DNA of 64,000 bases from Caulobacter sp. (GCA_016125585.1 WGLL01000015.1:47668-111667), one strand, 5' to 3'. Positions 31,531 through 43,646 are shown, counted from the stretch's first letter. Numbers and translations: made by a program. The notes: a model not told the origin generated them from the sequence alone.

Positions 31531-32427
31531 ATGACCCGTATCGCATTCATCGGCGTCGGCAACATGGGCGCCGGCATGGCGTCAAACCAGGTCAAGGCGG
31601 GCAGGGCGGTCAGCGCCTTTGACCTGTCCGCCGCCGCGCTTGATCGGGCCGTGGCCGGGGGCTGCACCCCCGCCGGCTCCGTGGCCGAGGCGGTCAAGGA
31701 CGCCGAGGTGGTCATCACCATGCTGCCGGCCGGCAAGCATGTCAGGGCGGTCTATGAGACCGACATCCTGCCCAACGTTCCCAGGACGGCGCTGCTGATC
31801 GATTGCTCGACCATCGACGTCGACAGCGCCCGGGCGGTCGGCGAGATGGCCCGGGCCGCCGGTGTTCGTTTCGGCGACGCCCCGGTCAGCGGCGGCATCA
31901 TGGCCGCTGACGCCGGCACCCTGGCCTTCATGGTCGGCTGCGAGGAAGCGGATTTCGCCGCCTTCGAGGACGCCCTGTCGCCGATGGCCCGCGCCGTGTT
32001 CCATGCCGGCGCGCTCGGGGCCGGGCAGGCGGCCAAGATCTGTAACAACATGGTGCTGGGCATCTCGATGCTGGGCGTCTGCGAGGCCTTCGCCCTGGCC
32101 GAGAAGCTGGGCCTAGCGCCGGAGAAGTTCTTCGACATCGCCTCCAAGTCGTCGGGCCAATGCTGGTCCCTGACCACCTACTGCCCCTGGCCGGGGCCGG
32201 TGGAGGCGGCGCCGTCCAATCGCGGCTACGAGGGCGGGTTCCTCACGGCCCTGATGCTGAAGGACCTGAAGCTGGCCCAGGATGCCGCCGCCAAGGCCAA
32301 TGCGACCACGCCGATGGGGGCTCAGGCCGAGGCGCTGTTCGCCATGTTCGACGGCCTGGGCTACGGCCAGAAGGACTTTTCGGCCGTCCTGCAGCTGATG
32401 CGCGGCAAGCTTGGCGAGCTGGCGTGA
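31531..32427 (+). CDS. mmsB: 3-hydroxyisobutyrate dehydrogenase
   Basis: FIGVGNMG, DAPVSGG, KICNNM, WSL..YCP.PG. Confidence 0.93.
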   Translation: MTRIAFIGVGNMGAGMASNQVKAGRAVSAFDLSAAALDRAVAGGCTPAGSVAEAVKDAEVVITMLPAGKHVRAVYETDILPNVPRTALLIDCSTIDVDSARAVGEMARAAGVRFGDAPVSGGIMAADAGTLAFMVGCEEADFAAFEDALSPMARAVFHAGALGAGQAAKICNNMVLGISMLGVCEAFALAEKLGLAPEKFFDIASKSSGQCWSLTTYCPWPGPVEAAPSNRGYEGGFLTALMLKDLKLAQDAAAKANATTPMGAQAEALFAMFDGLGYGQKDFSAVLQLMRGKLGELA

Positions 32428-32595
32428 GAAGCTGAGAACCATTCGCGCGAGACCCGCGACGATAGGCCCAGTATTGTGACTACGTAACTTTCCTTAATTG
32501 GACAGGGGCGCGGAACGGTGCAAAACCGCCGCTGTCGCCAGATTGCAACGAAAAGGGGCCGGCCGGGCGAGAGCTGCAAGGCCGGATCGTCATCG

Positions 32596-33822
32596 ATGGA
32601 CTACAAAGCTGCGTTCAGGACCGCCGTTGAGCAGGTCCGGTCCGAAGGCCGATATCGCGTCTTCGCCGATCTCAAGCGGCATCGCGGAGCCTTTCCGCGC
32701 GCCACCTGGACCCGGGACGACGGCAGCAGCAAGGACATCGTGGTCTGGTGTTCCAACGACTACCTGGGCCAGGGCCAGAATCCGGTGGTGCTCGACGCCA
32801 TGCACGCGGCCATCGACGCCAACGGCTCGGGCTCCGGCGGCACCCGCAACATCTCCGGCACCACGCACCATCACGTCGAGCTGGAGCAGGAACTGGCCGA
32901 CCTGCACCGCAAGGATGCGGCGCTGCTGTTCACCTCCGGCTATGTGGCCAATGAGGCGACCCTGTCGGTCCTCTACAAGATCCTGCCCGGCCTGATCATC
33001 TTCTCGGACGAGCTGAACCACGCCAGCATGATCGCCGGCATCCGCAATGGCGGCGGCGAGCGCAAGATCTTCCGCCACAACGACCTTGAGCACCTGGAAT
33101 CGCTGCTGGCCGGCGCGCCGGCCGACGCGCCGAAGCTGATCGCCTTCGAGAGCGTCTATTCGATGGACGGCGACATTGCCGACCTGGCCGGCACCATCGC
33201 CCTGGCCAAGAAGTACGGCGCCATGACCTATCTCGACGAGGTCCACGCGGTCGGCCTCTACGGCCAGCGCGGCGCCGGCGTCGCCGAGCGCGACGGGGTC
33301 ATGGCCGACATCGACATCATCGAGGGCACGCTGGGCAAGGCCTTCGGCGTCATGGGCGGCTACATCGCCGGCAATGTCGAGGTGATCGACGCCATCCGCA
33401 GCTACGCCTCCGGCTTCATCTTCACCACCTCGCTGCCGCCGGCCCTCACCGCCGGCGCGGCCGCCTCGGTCCGCTGGCTGAAGGCCCACAACGAGGTTCG
33501 CGAGATCCACCAGGAACGGGCCGAGACCCTGAAGAAGATGTTCGCCGACGCCGGCCTGCCGGTGATGCCGTCCGTCAGCCACATCGTGCCGGTGCTGGTC
33601 GCCGATCCGGTCCACTGCAAGATGGTCTCCGACATGCTGCTGGAAGACCACGGCATCTATGTGCAGCCGATCAACTACCCGACCGTGCCGCGCGGCACCG
33701 AACGCCTGCGCTTCACCCCCACGCCGTTCCACACCGACGACATGATGCGCGAGCTGGTCGGGGCGATGGAAAAGCTCTGGGCCCACTGCAATATCGCCCG
33801 CCTCGGCGGCGTAGCCGCCTAG
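32596..33822 (+). CDS. hemA: 5-aminolevulinate synthase
   Basis: [47 protein letters not shown]. Confidence 0.96.
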   Translation: MDYKAAFRTAVEQVRSEGRYRVFADLKRHRGAFPRATWTRDDGSSKDIVVWCSNDYLGQGQNPVVLDAMHAAIDANGSGSGGTRNISGTTHHHVELEQELADLHRKDAALLFTSGYVANEATLSVLYKILPGLIIFSDELNHASMIAGIRNGGGERKIFRHNDLEHLESLLAGAPADAPKLIAFESVYSMDGDIADLAGTIALAKKYGAMTYLDEVHAVGLYGQRGAGVAERDGVMADIDIIEGTLGKAFGVMGGYIAGNVEVIDAIRSYASGFIFTTSLPPALTAGAAASVRWLKAHNEVREIHQERAETLKKMFADAGLPVMPSVSHIVPVLVADPVHCKMVSDMLLEDHGIYVQPINYPTVPRGTERLRFTPTPFHTDDMMRELVGAMEKLWAHCNIARLGGVAA

Positions 33823-33861
33823 ACCGCTGGGAAAGCTGCGGCGTCGCCGCCTGATCTGGAG

Positions 33862-34293
33862 CTATTTCCGCCGAACGCCTTTTCCCAACCCGATCTTCTT
33901 GGCGAAGTCCGAGCGCCGCTCGGAATAGGCCGGCGCGACCATCGGATATTCCGGCGGCAGGCCCCATTTGCGACGATATTCTTCCGGGCTCAGGTTGTAG
34001 CGGGCGCGCAGATAGCGCTTCAGCATCGACAGGCGTTTCCCGTCCTCGAGGCAGACGATGTAGTCGTGCTGCACCGATCGCGATATCGGCACGGCCGGTT
34101 TCTGCTTCACCGCGGGCTCCGGTGGGGCCGCGGTCTGGTCGAGTTCGGTCAGGGTCTGGTGAATGTCCCGAATCAAGTCCGGCAGGGCGGACATGCCGAC
34201 GCTGTTTCTCGCCACATAGGCCGAAACGATCTCGGAACTCAGGTGAAGCAATTCGGTGTCTGCCGCTGCCGGATCGCCGTTTTCGTCGGCCAT
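33862..34293 (-). CDS. mucR: MucR/Ros family zinc-finger regulator
   Basis: IVSAYV, PAVPI..SV..DYIVCLEDGK.LSMLKRYL, YR.KWGLP..YPMVAPAY. Confidence 0.93.
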   Translation of the reverse strand: MADENGDPAAADTELLHLSSEIVSAYVARNSVGMSALPDLIRDIHQTLTELDQTAAPPEPAVKQKPAVPISRSVQHDYIVCLEDGKRLSMLKRYLRARYNLSPEEYRRKWGLPPEYPMVAPAYSERRSDFAKKIGLGKGVRRK

Positions 34294-34455
34294 GCCCTCA
34301 AAACCTTTCAAACTCAAACACTAAGGCGGCCCAGCATGGTCGCCTGACACCTATGGACCACCCAACGCGCCCGGCCCGGAGCAGTTCCGATTGATCCCCG
34401 CCTCGCCACCCCTTAACAGGACCGGGCCCGCGTCCCGGCCAGCCGGAGAGACCCC

Positions 34456-35745
34456 ATGACCGCCCACTCGCCCATCGCCCCCGCCTTTTTCGGCGCCGAC
34501 CTCGCGTCCGCTGACCCGGAGATCGCCAAGGCCATCGCCTTCGAACTGACGCGCCAGCGCGACCAGATCGAACTGATCGCCTCGGAAAACATCGTTTCCC
34601 GCGCTGTGCTGGAGGCCCAGGGCTCGATCCTGACCAACAAATACGCCGAGGGGTATCCGGGTCGGCGCTACTACGGCGGCTGCGAATATGTCGACGTCAT
34701 CGAACAGCTGGCCATCGACCGGGCCAGAACCCTGTTCGGCGCGGCCTACGCCAACGTCCAGCCGCACAGCGGCTCCCAGGCCAACCAGGCGGTGTTCATG
34801 GCCCTGATGAAGCCGGGCGACACCTTCATGGGCATGGACTTGGCCGCCGGCGGGCATCTGACCCACGGCAGCCCGGCCAATCAGTCCGGAAAGTGGTTCA
34901 AGCCGGTCAGCTACAGCGTCCGTCAGCAGGACCAGATGATCGACTATGATCAGGTGCAGGAGGTGGCGACGGCCGAGAAGCCGAAGCTGATCATCGCCGG
35001 CGGCAGCGCCTACGGCCGGGTCATCGACTTCGCCCGCTTCCGTCAGATCGCCGACAGCATCGGCGCCTATCTGATGGTCGACATGGCCCACTTCGCCGGT
35101 CTGGTGGCTGGCGGCGTCTACCCCAGCCCGATCCCGCACGCCCATGTGGTGACCACCACCACCCACAAGACCCTGCGCGGTCCGCGCGGCGGGCTGATCC
35201 TCAGCAACGACCCCGATCTGGGCAAGAAGTTCAACAGCGCCATCTTCCCCGGCATCCAGGGCGGCCCCCTGGAGCACGTCATCGCCGCCAAGGCGGTCGC
35301 CTTCGGCGAAGCCCTGCAGCCGGCGTTCAGGGACTATGCGCGGCAGGTGATCGACAATGCCGTGGCCCTCGCCGACTCCCTGCAGGCCGCAGGGCTGAAC
35401 ATCGTCTCGGGCGGCACCGACAGCCATGTGATGCTGGTCGACCTGCGGCCCAAGAACGTCACCGGCAAGGCGGCCGAGCACGCCCTCGAGCGGGCCCACA
35501 TCACCACCAACAAGAACGGCATCCCGTTCGATCCGCTGCCCCCGGCGACGACCTCGGGCATCCGGGTCGGGACCCCGGCCGGCACCACCCGCGGCTTCGG
35601 CGAGGCGGAGTTCCGTCAGATCGGCAAGTGGATCGGCGAAGTGCTCGACGGCCTGTCGAGCAATGAAGCGGGCGATCCGGTCGTGGAAGCCCGCGTCCGC
35701 GAGGACGTCATCGCATTGACGAAACGCTTCCCGATCTACAACTAG
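34456..35745 (+). CDS. glyA: Serine hydroxymethyltransferase
   Basis: [36 protein letters not shown]. Confidence 0.97.
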   Translation: MTAHSPIAPAFFGADLASADPEIAKAIAFELTRQRDQIELIASENIVSRAVLEAQGSILTNKYAEGYPGRRYYGGCEYVDVIEQLAIDRARTLFGAAYANVQPHSGSQANQAVFMALMKPGDTFMGMDLAAGGHLTHGSPANQSGKWFKPVSYSVRQQDQMIDYDQVQEVATAEKPKLIIAGGSAYGRVIDFARFRQIADSIGAYLMVDMAHFAGLVAGGVYPSPIPHAHVVTTTTHKTLRGPRGGLILSNDPDLGKKFNSAIFPGIQGGPLEHVIAAKAVAFGEALQPAFRDYARQVIDNAVALADSLQAAGLNIVSGGTDSHVMLVDLRPKNVTGKAAEHALERAHITTNKNGIPFDPLPPATTSGIRVGTPAGTTRGFGEAEFRQIGKWIGEVLDGLSSNEAGDPVVEARVREDVIALTKRFPIYN

Positions 35746-35775
35746 TAGGCCGAAGCGCCTCGGAGGGGCCACATC

Positions 35776-36243
35776 ATGCGTTGCCCGTTCTGCGGACACA
35801 TGGAAAGCCAGGTCAAGGACAGCCGCCCGTCGGAAGACGGCGCGGCCATCCGTCGCCGTCGACTCTGCCCCGAATGCGGCGGCCGCTTCACCACCTTCGA
35901 GCGGGTGCAGCTGCGCGAGCTGACCATCCTCAAGCGGTCCGGCCGGCGGTCGCCGTTCGATCGCGAAAAGCTGGTCCGCTCCATCTCCATCGCCACCCGC
36001 AAGCGGCCGATCGATCCCGAGCGGGTCGACCGTCTGGTCAACGGCATCGTCCGCCAGCTGGAAAGCATGGGCGAGACCGAACTGGCCAGCAGCGTGGTCG
36101 GCGAAATGGTGATGAAGGCGCTCAAGAGCCTCGATGACGTGGCCTATGTCCGCTATGCCAGCGTCTACCGCGACTTCCGCCACACCGACGACTTCGCCAA
36201 GTTCCTCTCCGACGAGGGGCTGAACGAAGAGGGAGAGGACTAG
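35776..36243 (+). CDS. nrdR: Transcriptional repressor NrdR
   Basis: [35 protein letters not shown]. Confidence 0.97.
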   Translation: MRCPFCGHMESQVKDSRPSEDGAAIRRRRLCPECGGRFTTFERVQLRELTILKRSGRRSPFDREKLVRSISIATRKRPIDPERVDRLVNGIVRQLESMGETELASSVVGEMVMKALKSLDDVAYVRYASVYRDFRHTDDFAKFLSDEGLNEEGED

Positions 36244-36257
36244 GGGCTCTACTCAAT

Positions 36258-36378
36258 TCCGCTCATCCCGACGAAAGTCGGGACTCAGTGTCACCGGCGG
36301 AGCCGACGCCGGCTCTGATCAGAGCAGAACCTCAATCAGCCTGCCAGCTGGGTCCCGACTTTCGTCGGGATGAGCGGA
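36258..36378. repeat. REPIN-like inverted repeat pair (family C, copy 1)
   Basis: 31-bp arms TCCGCTCATCCCGACGAAAGTCGGGAC(T/C)CAG with one mismatch. Confidence 0.85.
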
Positions 36379-36395
36379 GGGGTAGGGAAGGGCCA

Positions 36396-37088
36396 ATGCG
36401 CGTCACCCTGAAACTCGCGACCTCCCTCGACGGCCGGATCGCCACCGCGTCCGGCGAGAGCCGCTGGATCACCGGCCCGGCCGCCCGGGAGGAGGTTCAC
36501 CGCCTGCGGGCCATGCACCAGGCCGTGCTGGTGGGGGTCGAGACCGCCATCGCCGATGATCCGGAGCTGACCGTCCGTCTGCCGGGCTATGTCGGCATGC
36601 AGCCGACGCGGGTGGTGCTGGACAGCCGCCAGCGCCTGCCGGGCGGGTCGAAACTGGTGCATGAGGCCAGCAGGCTGAACACGGTGGTGATCACGACCAG
36701 CAATCCAAACAAGCGTTTGACTGACGCTGGGGTCACCGTGCTCCCTGTGTCGTCCAACGACGGACGGCCCGATCTGGCCGAGGCGCTCGCGGCCCTGCGG
36801 TCGCATCTGACCGGCCGGCTGGTGCAGCTGTTGCCGCAGGCGGCGCCGACGGACGGATACCAGCCGGCGGTGCTGGTTGAGGGCGGCGGCCAGGTGGCGG
36901 CCAGCTTCCTGGGCGCCGGGCTGGTGGACGCCATCGAGTGGTTCCGGGCCCCGATCATCCTCGGCGACGAGGGGCGGCCGGCGGTCGGGGAGTTTGTGCT
37001 GAACCGGCTGGCTGATGCGCCCCGGTTCAAACGGGTTGCGGTCCAGGAGGTCGGCGAGGATCTCTGGGAGCGATACGAAAGGCTCTGA
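36396..37088 (+). CDS. ribD: RibD C-terminal reductase domain only (no deaminase domain)
   Basis: VTLKLATSLDGRIA, SRWITG, DDPELTVR, VEGG. No HAE..PC..C deaminase motif. Confidence 0.85.
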   Translation: MRVTLKLATSLDGRIATASGESRWITGPAAREEVHRLRAMHQAVLVGVETAIADDPELTVRLPGYVGMQPTRVVLDSRQRLPGGSKLVHEASRLNTVVITTSNPNKRLTDAGVTVLPVSSNDGRPDLAEALAALRSHLTGRLVQLLPQAAPTDGYQPAVLVEGGGQVAASFLGAGLVDAIEWFRAPIILGDEGRPAVGEFVLNRLADAPRFKRVAVQEVGEDLWERYERL

Positions 37089-37089
37089 G

Positions 37090-37683
37090 ATGTTTACCGG
37101 AATTGTCACCGACGTCGGGCGGGTGCGGTCCGTCCGCCAGACCAACCGCGACCGCCGCTATGAGATCGAGACCGGCTATGACGTCGCCACCATCGACATG
37201 GGCGCCTCGATCAGCCACGCCGGCTGCTGCCTGACGGTGGTCGAGAAGGGCGAGGGCTGGTTCGCCGTCGAGGTGTCGGCCGAGACCCTGGCCCACACCA
37301 CCCTCGGCGACTGGGAGGAGGGCCAGCCGGTCAATCTCGAACGCGCTGCGCGGCTGGGCGACGAAATGGGTGGCCATGTGGTCAGCGGCCATGTCGACGG
37401 CGTCGGCGAGGTCTTGTCGATCGAGGCGGAGGGCGGTTCGCACCGCTATCGCATCCGCGCGCCCCGGCCGCTGCACCGGCTGATCGCTCCCAAGGGCTCG
37501 ATCGCCGTCGAGGGCGTCAGCCTCACGGTCAATGAGGTCGATGACGATGTTTTCGGCCTGAACATCATTCCCCACACCTGGGACGTCACCACGCTTGGCC
37601 GGCTCAAACCCGGTTCGAGGGTGAATCTCGAGATTGATATGCTGGCGCGATACCTCGCGCGGTGGCAGGAGACCGCCTCATGA
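37090..37683 (+). CDS. ribE: Riboflavin synthase
   Basis: MFTGIV N-terminus, GCCLTV, GGHVVSGHVDG, VNLEID. Confidence 0.95.
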   Translation: MFTGIVTDVGRVRSVRQTNRDRRYEIETGYDVATIDMGASISHAGCCLTVVEKGEGWFAVEVSAETLAHTTLGDWEEGQPVNLERAARLGDEMGGHVVSGHVDGVGEVLSIEAEGGSHRYRIRAPRPLHRLIAPKGSIAVEGVSLTVNEVDDDVFGLNIIPHTWDVTTLGRLKPGSRVNLEIDMLARYLARWQETAS

Positions 37684-38801
37684 GCCATGACACCCAGATC
37701 TCTCCCATCGAGGACATCATCGAGGACGCCCGCAACGGCCGTCCCTACATCCTGGTCGACGCCGAGGACCGTGAGAACGAGGGCGATGTCATCATCCCCG
37801 CCCAGTTCGCCACCCCCGAACAGATCAACTTCATGGCCCGCTTCGCCCGCGGCCTGATCTGCCTGTCTATCACCCATGAGCGGGCCCGGCAGCTGCGCCT
37901 GCCCCCGATGGCCGCGGAAAACCGCGAAAGCATGGGCACCGCCTTCACCGTTTCCATCGAGGCGAAGGAGGGGGTGACAACCGGCATTTCCGCCCACGAC
38001 CGGTCGCACACCGTCGCCGTGGCCATCGATTCCTCCAAGGGCCCCGACGACATCGTCACCCCCGGCCATGTGTTTCCGCTGGTCGCCAAGGATGGCGGCG
38101 TCCTGGTCCGGGCCGGACACACCGAGGCGGCGATCGACATCTCGCGGCTGGCCGGCCTCAACCCCAGCGGCGTGATCTGCGAGATCATGAACGACGACGG
38201 CACCATGGCCCGTCTGCCGGAACTGACCGCCTTCGCCCAGCTGCACGGCCTGAAGATCGGCACCATCGCCGACCTGATCGCCTATCGCCGGCGCAACGAG
38301 CGTCAGGTCGAGCGGGTGCTGGAAACGCCGTTCAAGTCGGTGCACGGCGGCGATTTCCGCATGATCGTCTATCGCAACAGCGTCGACGGCTGCGAGCACA
38401 TCGCCCTGGTAAAGGGCCGGATCGACGCCGATCATCCGACCCTGGTCCGCATGCACCAGGTCGATATGGCCGTCGATGTGCTCGGCTTCGCCGGCGCCCG
38501 CCGCGACTATGTGCCCGCCGCCCTGAGGGCGATCGGCGACCATGACGGCCCGGGCGTGGCGGTGTTCATCCGCGATCCCAATCCGGGGTCGCTGAGCGAG
38601 CGCTACGGGGGCGAGCATGCCGCCGGCGCGCAATATCGTAACAACGCCTTGCGCGACTATGGCGTCGGGGCGCAAATCCTCCTCGACCTTGGCGTCCGCG
38701 AGATGATCCTTTTGACCTCCAGCCCGTTCAAACCGGCGGCGCTGGAAGGCTATGGCCTGAAGATTGTCGGGCGTGCGCCGATTACCGGAGAGGCTGAATG
38801 A
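37680..38801 (+). CDS. ribB: 3,4-dihydroxy-2-butanone-4-phosphate synthase fused to a degenerate GTP cyclohydrolase II domain (RibBX-type)
   Basis: [33 protein letters not shown]. The C-terminal domain lacks the zinc-binding Cys residues. Confidence 0.9.
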   Translation: MSHDTQISPIEDIIEDARNGRPYILVDAEDRENEGDVIIPAQFATPEQINFMARFARGLICLSITHERARQLRLPPMAAENRESMGTAFTVSIEAKEGVTTGISAHDRSHTVAVAIDSSKGPDDIVTPGHVFPLVAKDGGVLVRAGHTEAAIDISRLAGLNPSGVICEIMNDDGTMARLPELTAFAQLHGLKIGTIADLIAYRRRNERQVERVLETPFKSVHGGDFRMIVYRNSVDGCEHIALVKGRIDADHPTLVRMHQVDMAVDVLGFAGARRDYVPAALRAIGDHDGPGVAVFIRDPNPGSLSERYGGEHAAGAQYRNNALRDYGVGAQILLDLGVREMILLTSSPFKPAALEGYGLKIVGRAPITGEAE

Positions 38802-39262
38802 CCGACGACCCCGTCCGCATCCTGATCGTCGAGGGGCGGTTCTATGACGATCTCTCGGACGAGCTTCTCCGCGGGGCGACCGATGCGATCACCGCCTATG
38901 GCGCCGTGTGCGACGTCATCACCGTGCCGGGCGCGCTCGAGATCCCGGGCGTGATCGCGCTCGCCGAAGAGGGCGGACGCGGTCCGGCGGGCGTACGCTA
39001 TGATGGCTACGTCGCCCTGGGCGTCGTCATCCGGGGCGAAACCTACCATTTCGAGATCGTCTCCAATGAGTCGTGCCGGGGCGTCATGGACCTGACCCTG
39101 CGCGGTCTGCCGATCGGCAACGGAATCCTGACCGTCGAGGACGAGGAACAGGCCTGGGCGCGGGCCCGTGTCTCCGAGGGCGACAAGGGCGGCGGCGCCG
39201 CCCGCGCCTGCCTCGAGGTTCTGGGCGTCAAGCGCCGTCTTCTGGAGGGCGCCGGTCGATGA
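38798..39262 (+). CDS. ribH: 6,7-dimethyl-8-ribityllumazine synthase
   Basis: [25 protein letters not shown]. Confidence 0.95.
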   Translation: MTDDPVRILIVEGRFYDDLSDELLRGATDAITAYGAVCDVITVPGALEIPGVIALAEEGGRGPAGVRYDGYVALGVVIRGETYHFEIVSNESCRGVMDLTLRGLPIGNGILTVEDEEQAWARARVSEGDKGGGAARACLEVLGVKRRLLEGAGR

Positions 39263-39795
39263 CCCAGCAGTCCAGGCCCGCCTCGCTGAAGGACGCCTTC
39301 GAAAAGCTTCAGGCCGCGACGGACCAGAAGCCCGGGACCAATCTGTCAGGCCGCCAGCGCCGGGCGCGCACGGTCGCGCGACTGGCGGCGGTCCAGGCCC
39401 TCTACCAGCTGGAAATGACCGGCGCCGGGGTCGAGGTGGTGATCCGCGAGTTCAGCGAACATCGCTTCGACCGCGATCTTGAGGGCGAGCCGCTGGCCGA
39501 GGCCGACGAGACCTTCTTCTCCGAACTGGTGCGGGGCGCGGTGTCGCTGCAGAGCGAGATCGACAAGGCGGTGACCGCCCGCCTGGCCAGCAACTGGAAG
39601 CTGGAACGGCTCGACGCCACAGCCCGCGCCATCCTTCGGGCCGGCGCCTGGGAGCTGCTGCACCGCGCCGACGTGCCGATGGAGGTGGCCATCGACGAAT
39701 ATGTCGAGATCGCCAAGTCCTTCTTCGAGGGGCCGGAGCCGGGCTTCATCAACGGCGCGCTGGACGGGATCGCCAAGGATGCCAAGCGCACCTGA
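39259..39795 (+). CDS. nusB: Transcription antitermination factor NusB
   Basis: [17 protein letters not shown]...[22 protein letters not shown]. Confidence 0.95.
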   Translation: MTQQSRPASLKDAFEKLQAATDQKPGTNLSGRQRRARTVARLAAVQALYQLEMTGAGVEVVIREFSEHRFDRDLEGEPLAEADETFFSELVRGAVSLQSEIDKAVTARLASNWKLERLDATARAILRAGAWELLHRADVPMEVAIDEYVEIAKSFFEGPEPGFINGALDGIAKDAKRT

Positions 39796-40756
39796 AGACC
39801 CCCCGGGCGACGAGGGGGAGTTCGGCTGGATCGAACGCCTCCTGCGCCCTCTGACACGCGGCGCCCCCGAAGCGCTCAATCTGCTCGACGATGCGGCGCT
39901 GATCTCGCCGCGGCCGGGGTTTGACCTGGTGGTGACCAAGGACACGATGGTCGCCGGCGTTCACTTCCTGCCTGACGATCCCCTCGACACCGTGGCCCGC
40001 AAGCTGCTGGCGGTGAATCTGTCCGACCTGGCGGCCAAGGGGGCCGGACCGCTGGGCTATTTCCTCTCGGCCGCCTGGCCCCGAACAGCGACCTGGGCGG
40101 ACAAGGCGCTGTTCGCCGAAGGCCTTCGCCAGGCGGGAGACGCCTGGTCCCTGCCGTTGCTGGGCGGAGACACGGTGTCCACGCCGGGCCCTCTGACCCT
40201 GTCGGCGACCCTGATGGGCGAGGTTCCGGCGGGACGGATGGTGCGGCGCTCAACCGCCCGCCCTGGAGATATTCTGATGGTCAGCGGGACCATCGGCGAC
40301 GGCTGGCTGGGCCTGCAAGCCGCCCGGGGACAGGTCTCCGACCCTGACGGCTATCTGGCCGGTCGCTACCGCACCCCGACGCCCCGGCTCGACCTCATCG
40401 ACGCCGTCAGCACCCTGGCCTCAGCCAGCGCCGACGTCTCGGACGGCCTGCTGGCCGACGCCGGCCGCATCGCCATCGCCAGCGGATGCGGAGTCGTGAT
40501 CGACCTGGACGCCGTCCCCCTGTCGCCCGCGGCGGCGAGCTGGCTGGCTGGGCAGCCGGACGAGATGGCCGGCCGGCGGACGCTGGCCTCGGGCGGCGAC
40601 GACTATGAGATTCTGTGCGCGGCGACGGCGGAGGCGGTCCCGGCGCTGGCCGCGGCTGGCCTGACGGCGGTCGGCAGGGTCGTGGCCGGGCAGGGGGTCG
40701 AGGCTCGTTTCGACGGCCAGTCGGTCGATGCCGGGTCGCTGGGCTGGACCCACTAG
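39779..40756 (+). CDS. thiL: Thiamine-monophosphate kinase
   Basis: [41 protein letters not shown]. Confidence 0.94.
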   Translation: MPSAPEDPPGDEGEFGWIERLLRPLTRGAPEALNLLDDAALISPRPGFDLVVTKDTMVAGVHFLPDDPLDTVARKLLAVNLSDLAAKGAGPLGYFLSAAWPRTATWADKALFAEGLRQAGDAWSLPLLGGDTVSTPGPLTLSATLMGEVPAGRMVRRSTARPGDILMVSGTIGDGWLGLQAARGQVSDPDGYLAGRYRTPTPRLDLIDAVSTLASASADVSDGLLADAGRIAIASGCGVVIDLDAVPLSPAAASWLAGQPDEMAGRRTLASGGDDYEILCAATAEAVPALAAAGLTAVGRVVAGQGVEARFDGQSVDAGSLGWTH

Positions 40757-40843
40757 CCCTCCCCCTCATCCGCCCGGCGATCCCCTCCCTCGGTTGCCCC
40801 CCGCCGAAACCGCCCCTTAACCCTGCCGGGCCATAACCGCCCC

Positions 40844-41278
40844 ATGAATCGCCGTCATCTCCTTGCCATCGCCCCTCTGATGCTGGCCGCCACCGCCGCG
40901 CGGGCGTCGGAGGGCGGGGAGGGCAAGAAGGAGGCCGCGGGGCAATACGTCGATCTGTCGCCGGTCGCCCTGCCGATCGTCGTCGACGGCCGCCTGATCA
41001 ACTATGTGTTCGTCTCGGTGCGGCTGAACCTGGCGCCCAGCGCGGACTCGGTGAAATGGCGGGCCAAGGAGCCCTACTTCCGGGATGCTCTGGTGCGGGC
41101 AGGGCATCGCACGCCCTTCACCAACCCCAAGAACTACACCGTCATCGACGAAGCCAGGCTCAAGTCGACGATGTTGCGCGAGGCGAGGGCGATCGGCGGC
41201 GACAAGTACTTCACCTCGGTGACGGTCACCTCCCAGACTCCCAAGCAGCGCAGCGGCCTGCCGCGTCCGCCGTCCTAG
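40844..41278 (+). CDS. FliL-like protein with a Tat-like signal
   Basis: MNRRHLL..A-R-A signal; YVDLSPVALP...INYVFVSVRL...EPYFRDALV. Confidence 0.55.
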   Translation: MNRRHLLAIAPLMLAATAARASEGGEGKKEAAGQYVDLSPVALPIVVDGRLINYVFVSVRLNLAPSADSVKWRAKEPYFRDALVRAGHRTPFTNPKNYTVIDEARLKSTMLREARAIGGDKYFTSVTVTSQTPKQRSGLPRPPS

Positions 41279-41327
41279 AGCAGGCGCGCCGGATCCCCTT
41301 CCGGTCCCACTTGTCGGACCTTGCTCC
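41276..41327. repeat. Half CIR-like element (family B)
   Basis: TAGAGCAGG...CCGGTCCCACTT...CCTTGCTCC. Its TAG is the stop codon of the upstream gene. Confidence 0.5.
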
Positions 41328-41488
41328 CGGGCCGTTCAAAAGGCGCCATTGCGCCCACCCCTTCTATTTGGCAAACACGGGCGTCTTTTCGCAACGGGCG
41401 GATTCCGCCCGAGCAAGAAGGGGGTCTGGAAGCCGCGTGCGTCGCGGGCCAAAGCCTCCCGTGCAAGGAAACAAGGGGCGCTTTTCAT

Positions 41489-43621
41489 ATGACTACCGAC
41501 AACTTCCTTCTGCTCGCCATGGGGGCCGGCGTTCTCGCCGTTCTCTATGGCGTGTTCCAGACCATGGCGCTGATGCGCAAATCGCCGGGCAACGCCCGGA
41601 TGCAGGAAATCGCCGCGGCCATTCAGGAAGGCGCCCAAGCCTATCTGAACCGCCAGTACGCCACGATCGGCATGATCGGCGCGGTCATCCTGATCGCCCT
41701 GTTCTTCCTGCTCGGCCTGTATCCGGCCATCGGCTTCGCGGTCGGCGCGGTGCTCTCGGGCGCCGCCGGCTTCGTCGGCATGCTGATCTCGGTCCGGGCC
41801 AACGTCCGCACCGCCCAGGCCTCCTCGGAGAGCCTCGGCAAGGGTCTGTCGGTCGCCTTCACCTCCGGCGCCATCACCGGCATGCTGGTCGCCGGCTTCG
41901 CTCTGCTGGGCGTGGCGGGCTACTACTTCTTCCTGACCAAGGTGGTCTCGGTTGAGCCCCGCGCGATTATCGACAGCCTCGTGGCCCTGGGCCTCGGCGC
42001 CTCGCTGATCTCCATCTTCGCCCGTCTGGGCGGCGGCATCTTCACCAAGGGCGCCGACGTCGGCGGCGACATGGTCGGCAAGGTTGAAGCCGGCATCCCG
42101 GAAGACGATCCCCGCAACGCGGCCACCATCGCCGACAACGTGGGCGACAATGTCGGCGACTGCGCCGGCATGGCCGCCGACCTGTTCGAGACCTATGCGG
42201 TGACCACGGTCGCCACCATGGTCCTGGCCTCCATCCTGTTCGCGGGTGAAACCGCCACCAATATGATGATGCTGCCGCTGGCCATCTGCGGCGTCTGCAT
42301 CGTCACCTCGATCATCGGCACCTTCGCCGTGCGTCTGGGCAAGTCGCAGAACATCATGGGCGCTCTCTACCAGGGCCTCATCGTCACCGGCGTCCTGTCG
42401 GTGCCGGCCGTTTACTGGGTCATCAACAGCCTGGTGCCCGCGGCGGGCGTCGAAATCGGCGGCATCCTGCGCAGCCAGATGGACCTGTTCTGGTGCGGCA
42501 TGGCCGGCCTGGTCGTCACCGCCCTGATCGTGGTCATCACCGAATACTACACCGGCACCGGCTTCCGCCCGGTCCGCTCGGTGGCCCAGGCTTCGGTTTC
42601 CGGCCACGGCACCAACGTCATCCAGGGCCTGGCCATGAGCCTGGAAGCCACCGCGCTTCCGGCCCTGACCATCATCGTCGGCATCGTCGTCACCTACCAG
42701 CTGGGCGGCCTGTTCGGCATCGCCGTGGCCACCACCACCATGCTGTCCCTGGCCGGCTTCATCGTCGCCCTGGACGCCTTCGGTCCGGTCACTGACAACG
42801 CCGGCGGCATCGCCGAAATGGCCGGTCTTCCCCCGGAAGTCCGCGTCACCACCGACGCCCTCGACGCCGTCGGCAACACCACCAAGGCCGTCACCAAGGG
42901 CTATGCCATCGGTTCGGCCGGTCTCGGCGCCCTGGTGCTGTTCGCCGCCTATACCCAGGACCTGAATTTCTTCGCCGGCATCGCCGAGCCGGGGACGTTC
43001 TTCCACGGCCTGGGCGAGGTCGCCTTCGACCTGTCCAACCCCTACGTCGTCGTCGGTCTGCTGTTCGGGGGGCTGCTGCCCTTCCTGTTCGGCGGCATGT
43101 CGATGACCGCCGTGGGCCGCGCCGCTGAGGCGGTGGTGCATGAGGTTCGCCGTCAGTTCCGGGAAAACCCCGGCATCATGACCGGCGAGGTCAAGCCCGA
43201 GTATGGCAAGGCCGTGGACATCCTGACCAAGGCCGCGATCCGCGAGATGATCGTGCCGTCGCTGCTGCCGGTCGTCTCGCCGGTCGCCCTGTTCTTCATC
43301 CTCGACGCCATCACCACCCGCCAGAACGCCTTCGCCGGCCTCGGCGCGATGTTGATGGGGGTGATCGTCACCGGTCTGTTCGTCGCCATCTCGATGACCA
43401 GCGGCGGCGGCGCCTGGGACAACGCCAAGAAGATCATCGAGGAGGGCTTCACCGACAAGGACGGCGTCCTCCACAGCAAGGGATCGGAAGCCCACAAGGC
43501 CGCCGTCACCGGCGACACCGTCGGCGACCCCTACAAGGACACCTCGGGGCCCGCCGTGAACCCGATGATCAAGATCACCAACATCGTCGCCCTGCTGCTG
43601 CTGGCCATCCTGGCGCACTAG
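41489..43621 (+). CDS. hppA: Membrane H+-translocating pyrophosphatase, K+-independent type
   Basis: [36 protein letters not shown] (Lys determinant), [14 protein letters not shown]. Confidence 0.96.
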   Translation: MTTDNFLLLAMGAGVLAVLYGVFQTMALMRKSPGNARMQEIAAAIQEGAQAYLNRQYATIGMIGAVILIALFFLLGLYPAIGFAVGAVLSGAAGFVGMLISVRANVRTAQASSESLGKGLSVAFTSGAITGMLVAGFALLGVAGYYFFLTKVVSVEPRAIIDSLVALGLGASLISIFARLGGGIFTKGADVGGDMVGKVEAGIPEDDPRNAATIADNVGDNVGDCAGMAADLFETYAVTTVATMVLASILFAGETATNMMMLPLAICGVCIVTSIIGTFAVRLGKSQNIMGALYQGLIVTGVLSVPAVYWVINSLVPAAGVEIGGILRSQMDLFWCGMAGLVVTALIVVITEYYTGTGFRPVRSVAQASVSGHGTNVIQGLAMSLEATALPALTIIVGIVVTYQLGGLFGIAVATTTMLSLAGFIVALDAFGPVTDNAGGIAEMAGLPPEVRVTTDALDAVGNTTKAVTKGYAIGSAGLGALVLFAAYTQDLNFFAGIAEPGTFFHGLGEVAFDLSNPYVVVGLLFGGLLPFLFGGMSMTAVGRAAEAVVHEVRRQFRENPGIMTGEVKPEYGKAVDILTKAAIREMIVPSLLPVVSPVALFFILDAITTRQNAFAGLGAMLMGVIVTGLFVAISMTSGGGAWDNAKKIIEEGFTDKDGVLHSKGSEAHKAAVTGDTVGDPYKDTSGPAVNPMIKITNIVALLLLAILAH

Positions 43622-43646
43622 GCTTCGGCTCTGGTTGAAATGCGGA

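Noticed and set aside
34318-34455. ZTP riboswitch before glyA, or an FMN riboswitch before the rib genes
   Set aside because: I could not find the conserved aptamer motifs. The space before ribD is filled by the repeat.
36288-36395. N-terminal extension of ribD from GTG 36288
   Set aside because: It is a translation of the REPIN sequence. ATG 36396 has its own purine-rich RBS and matches the reductase domain start.
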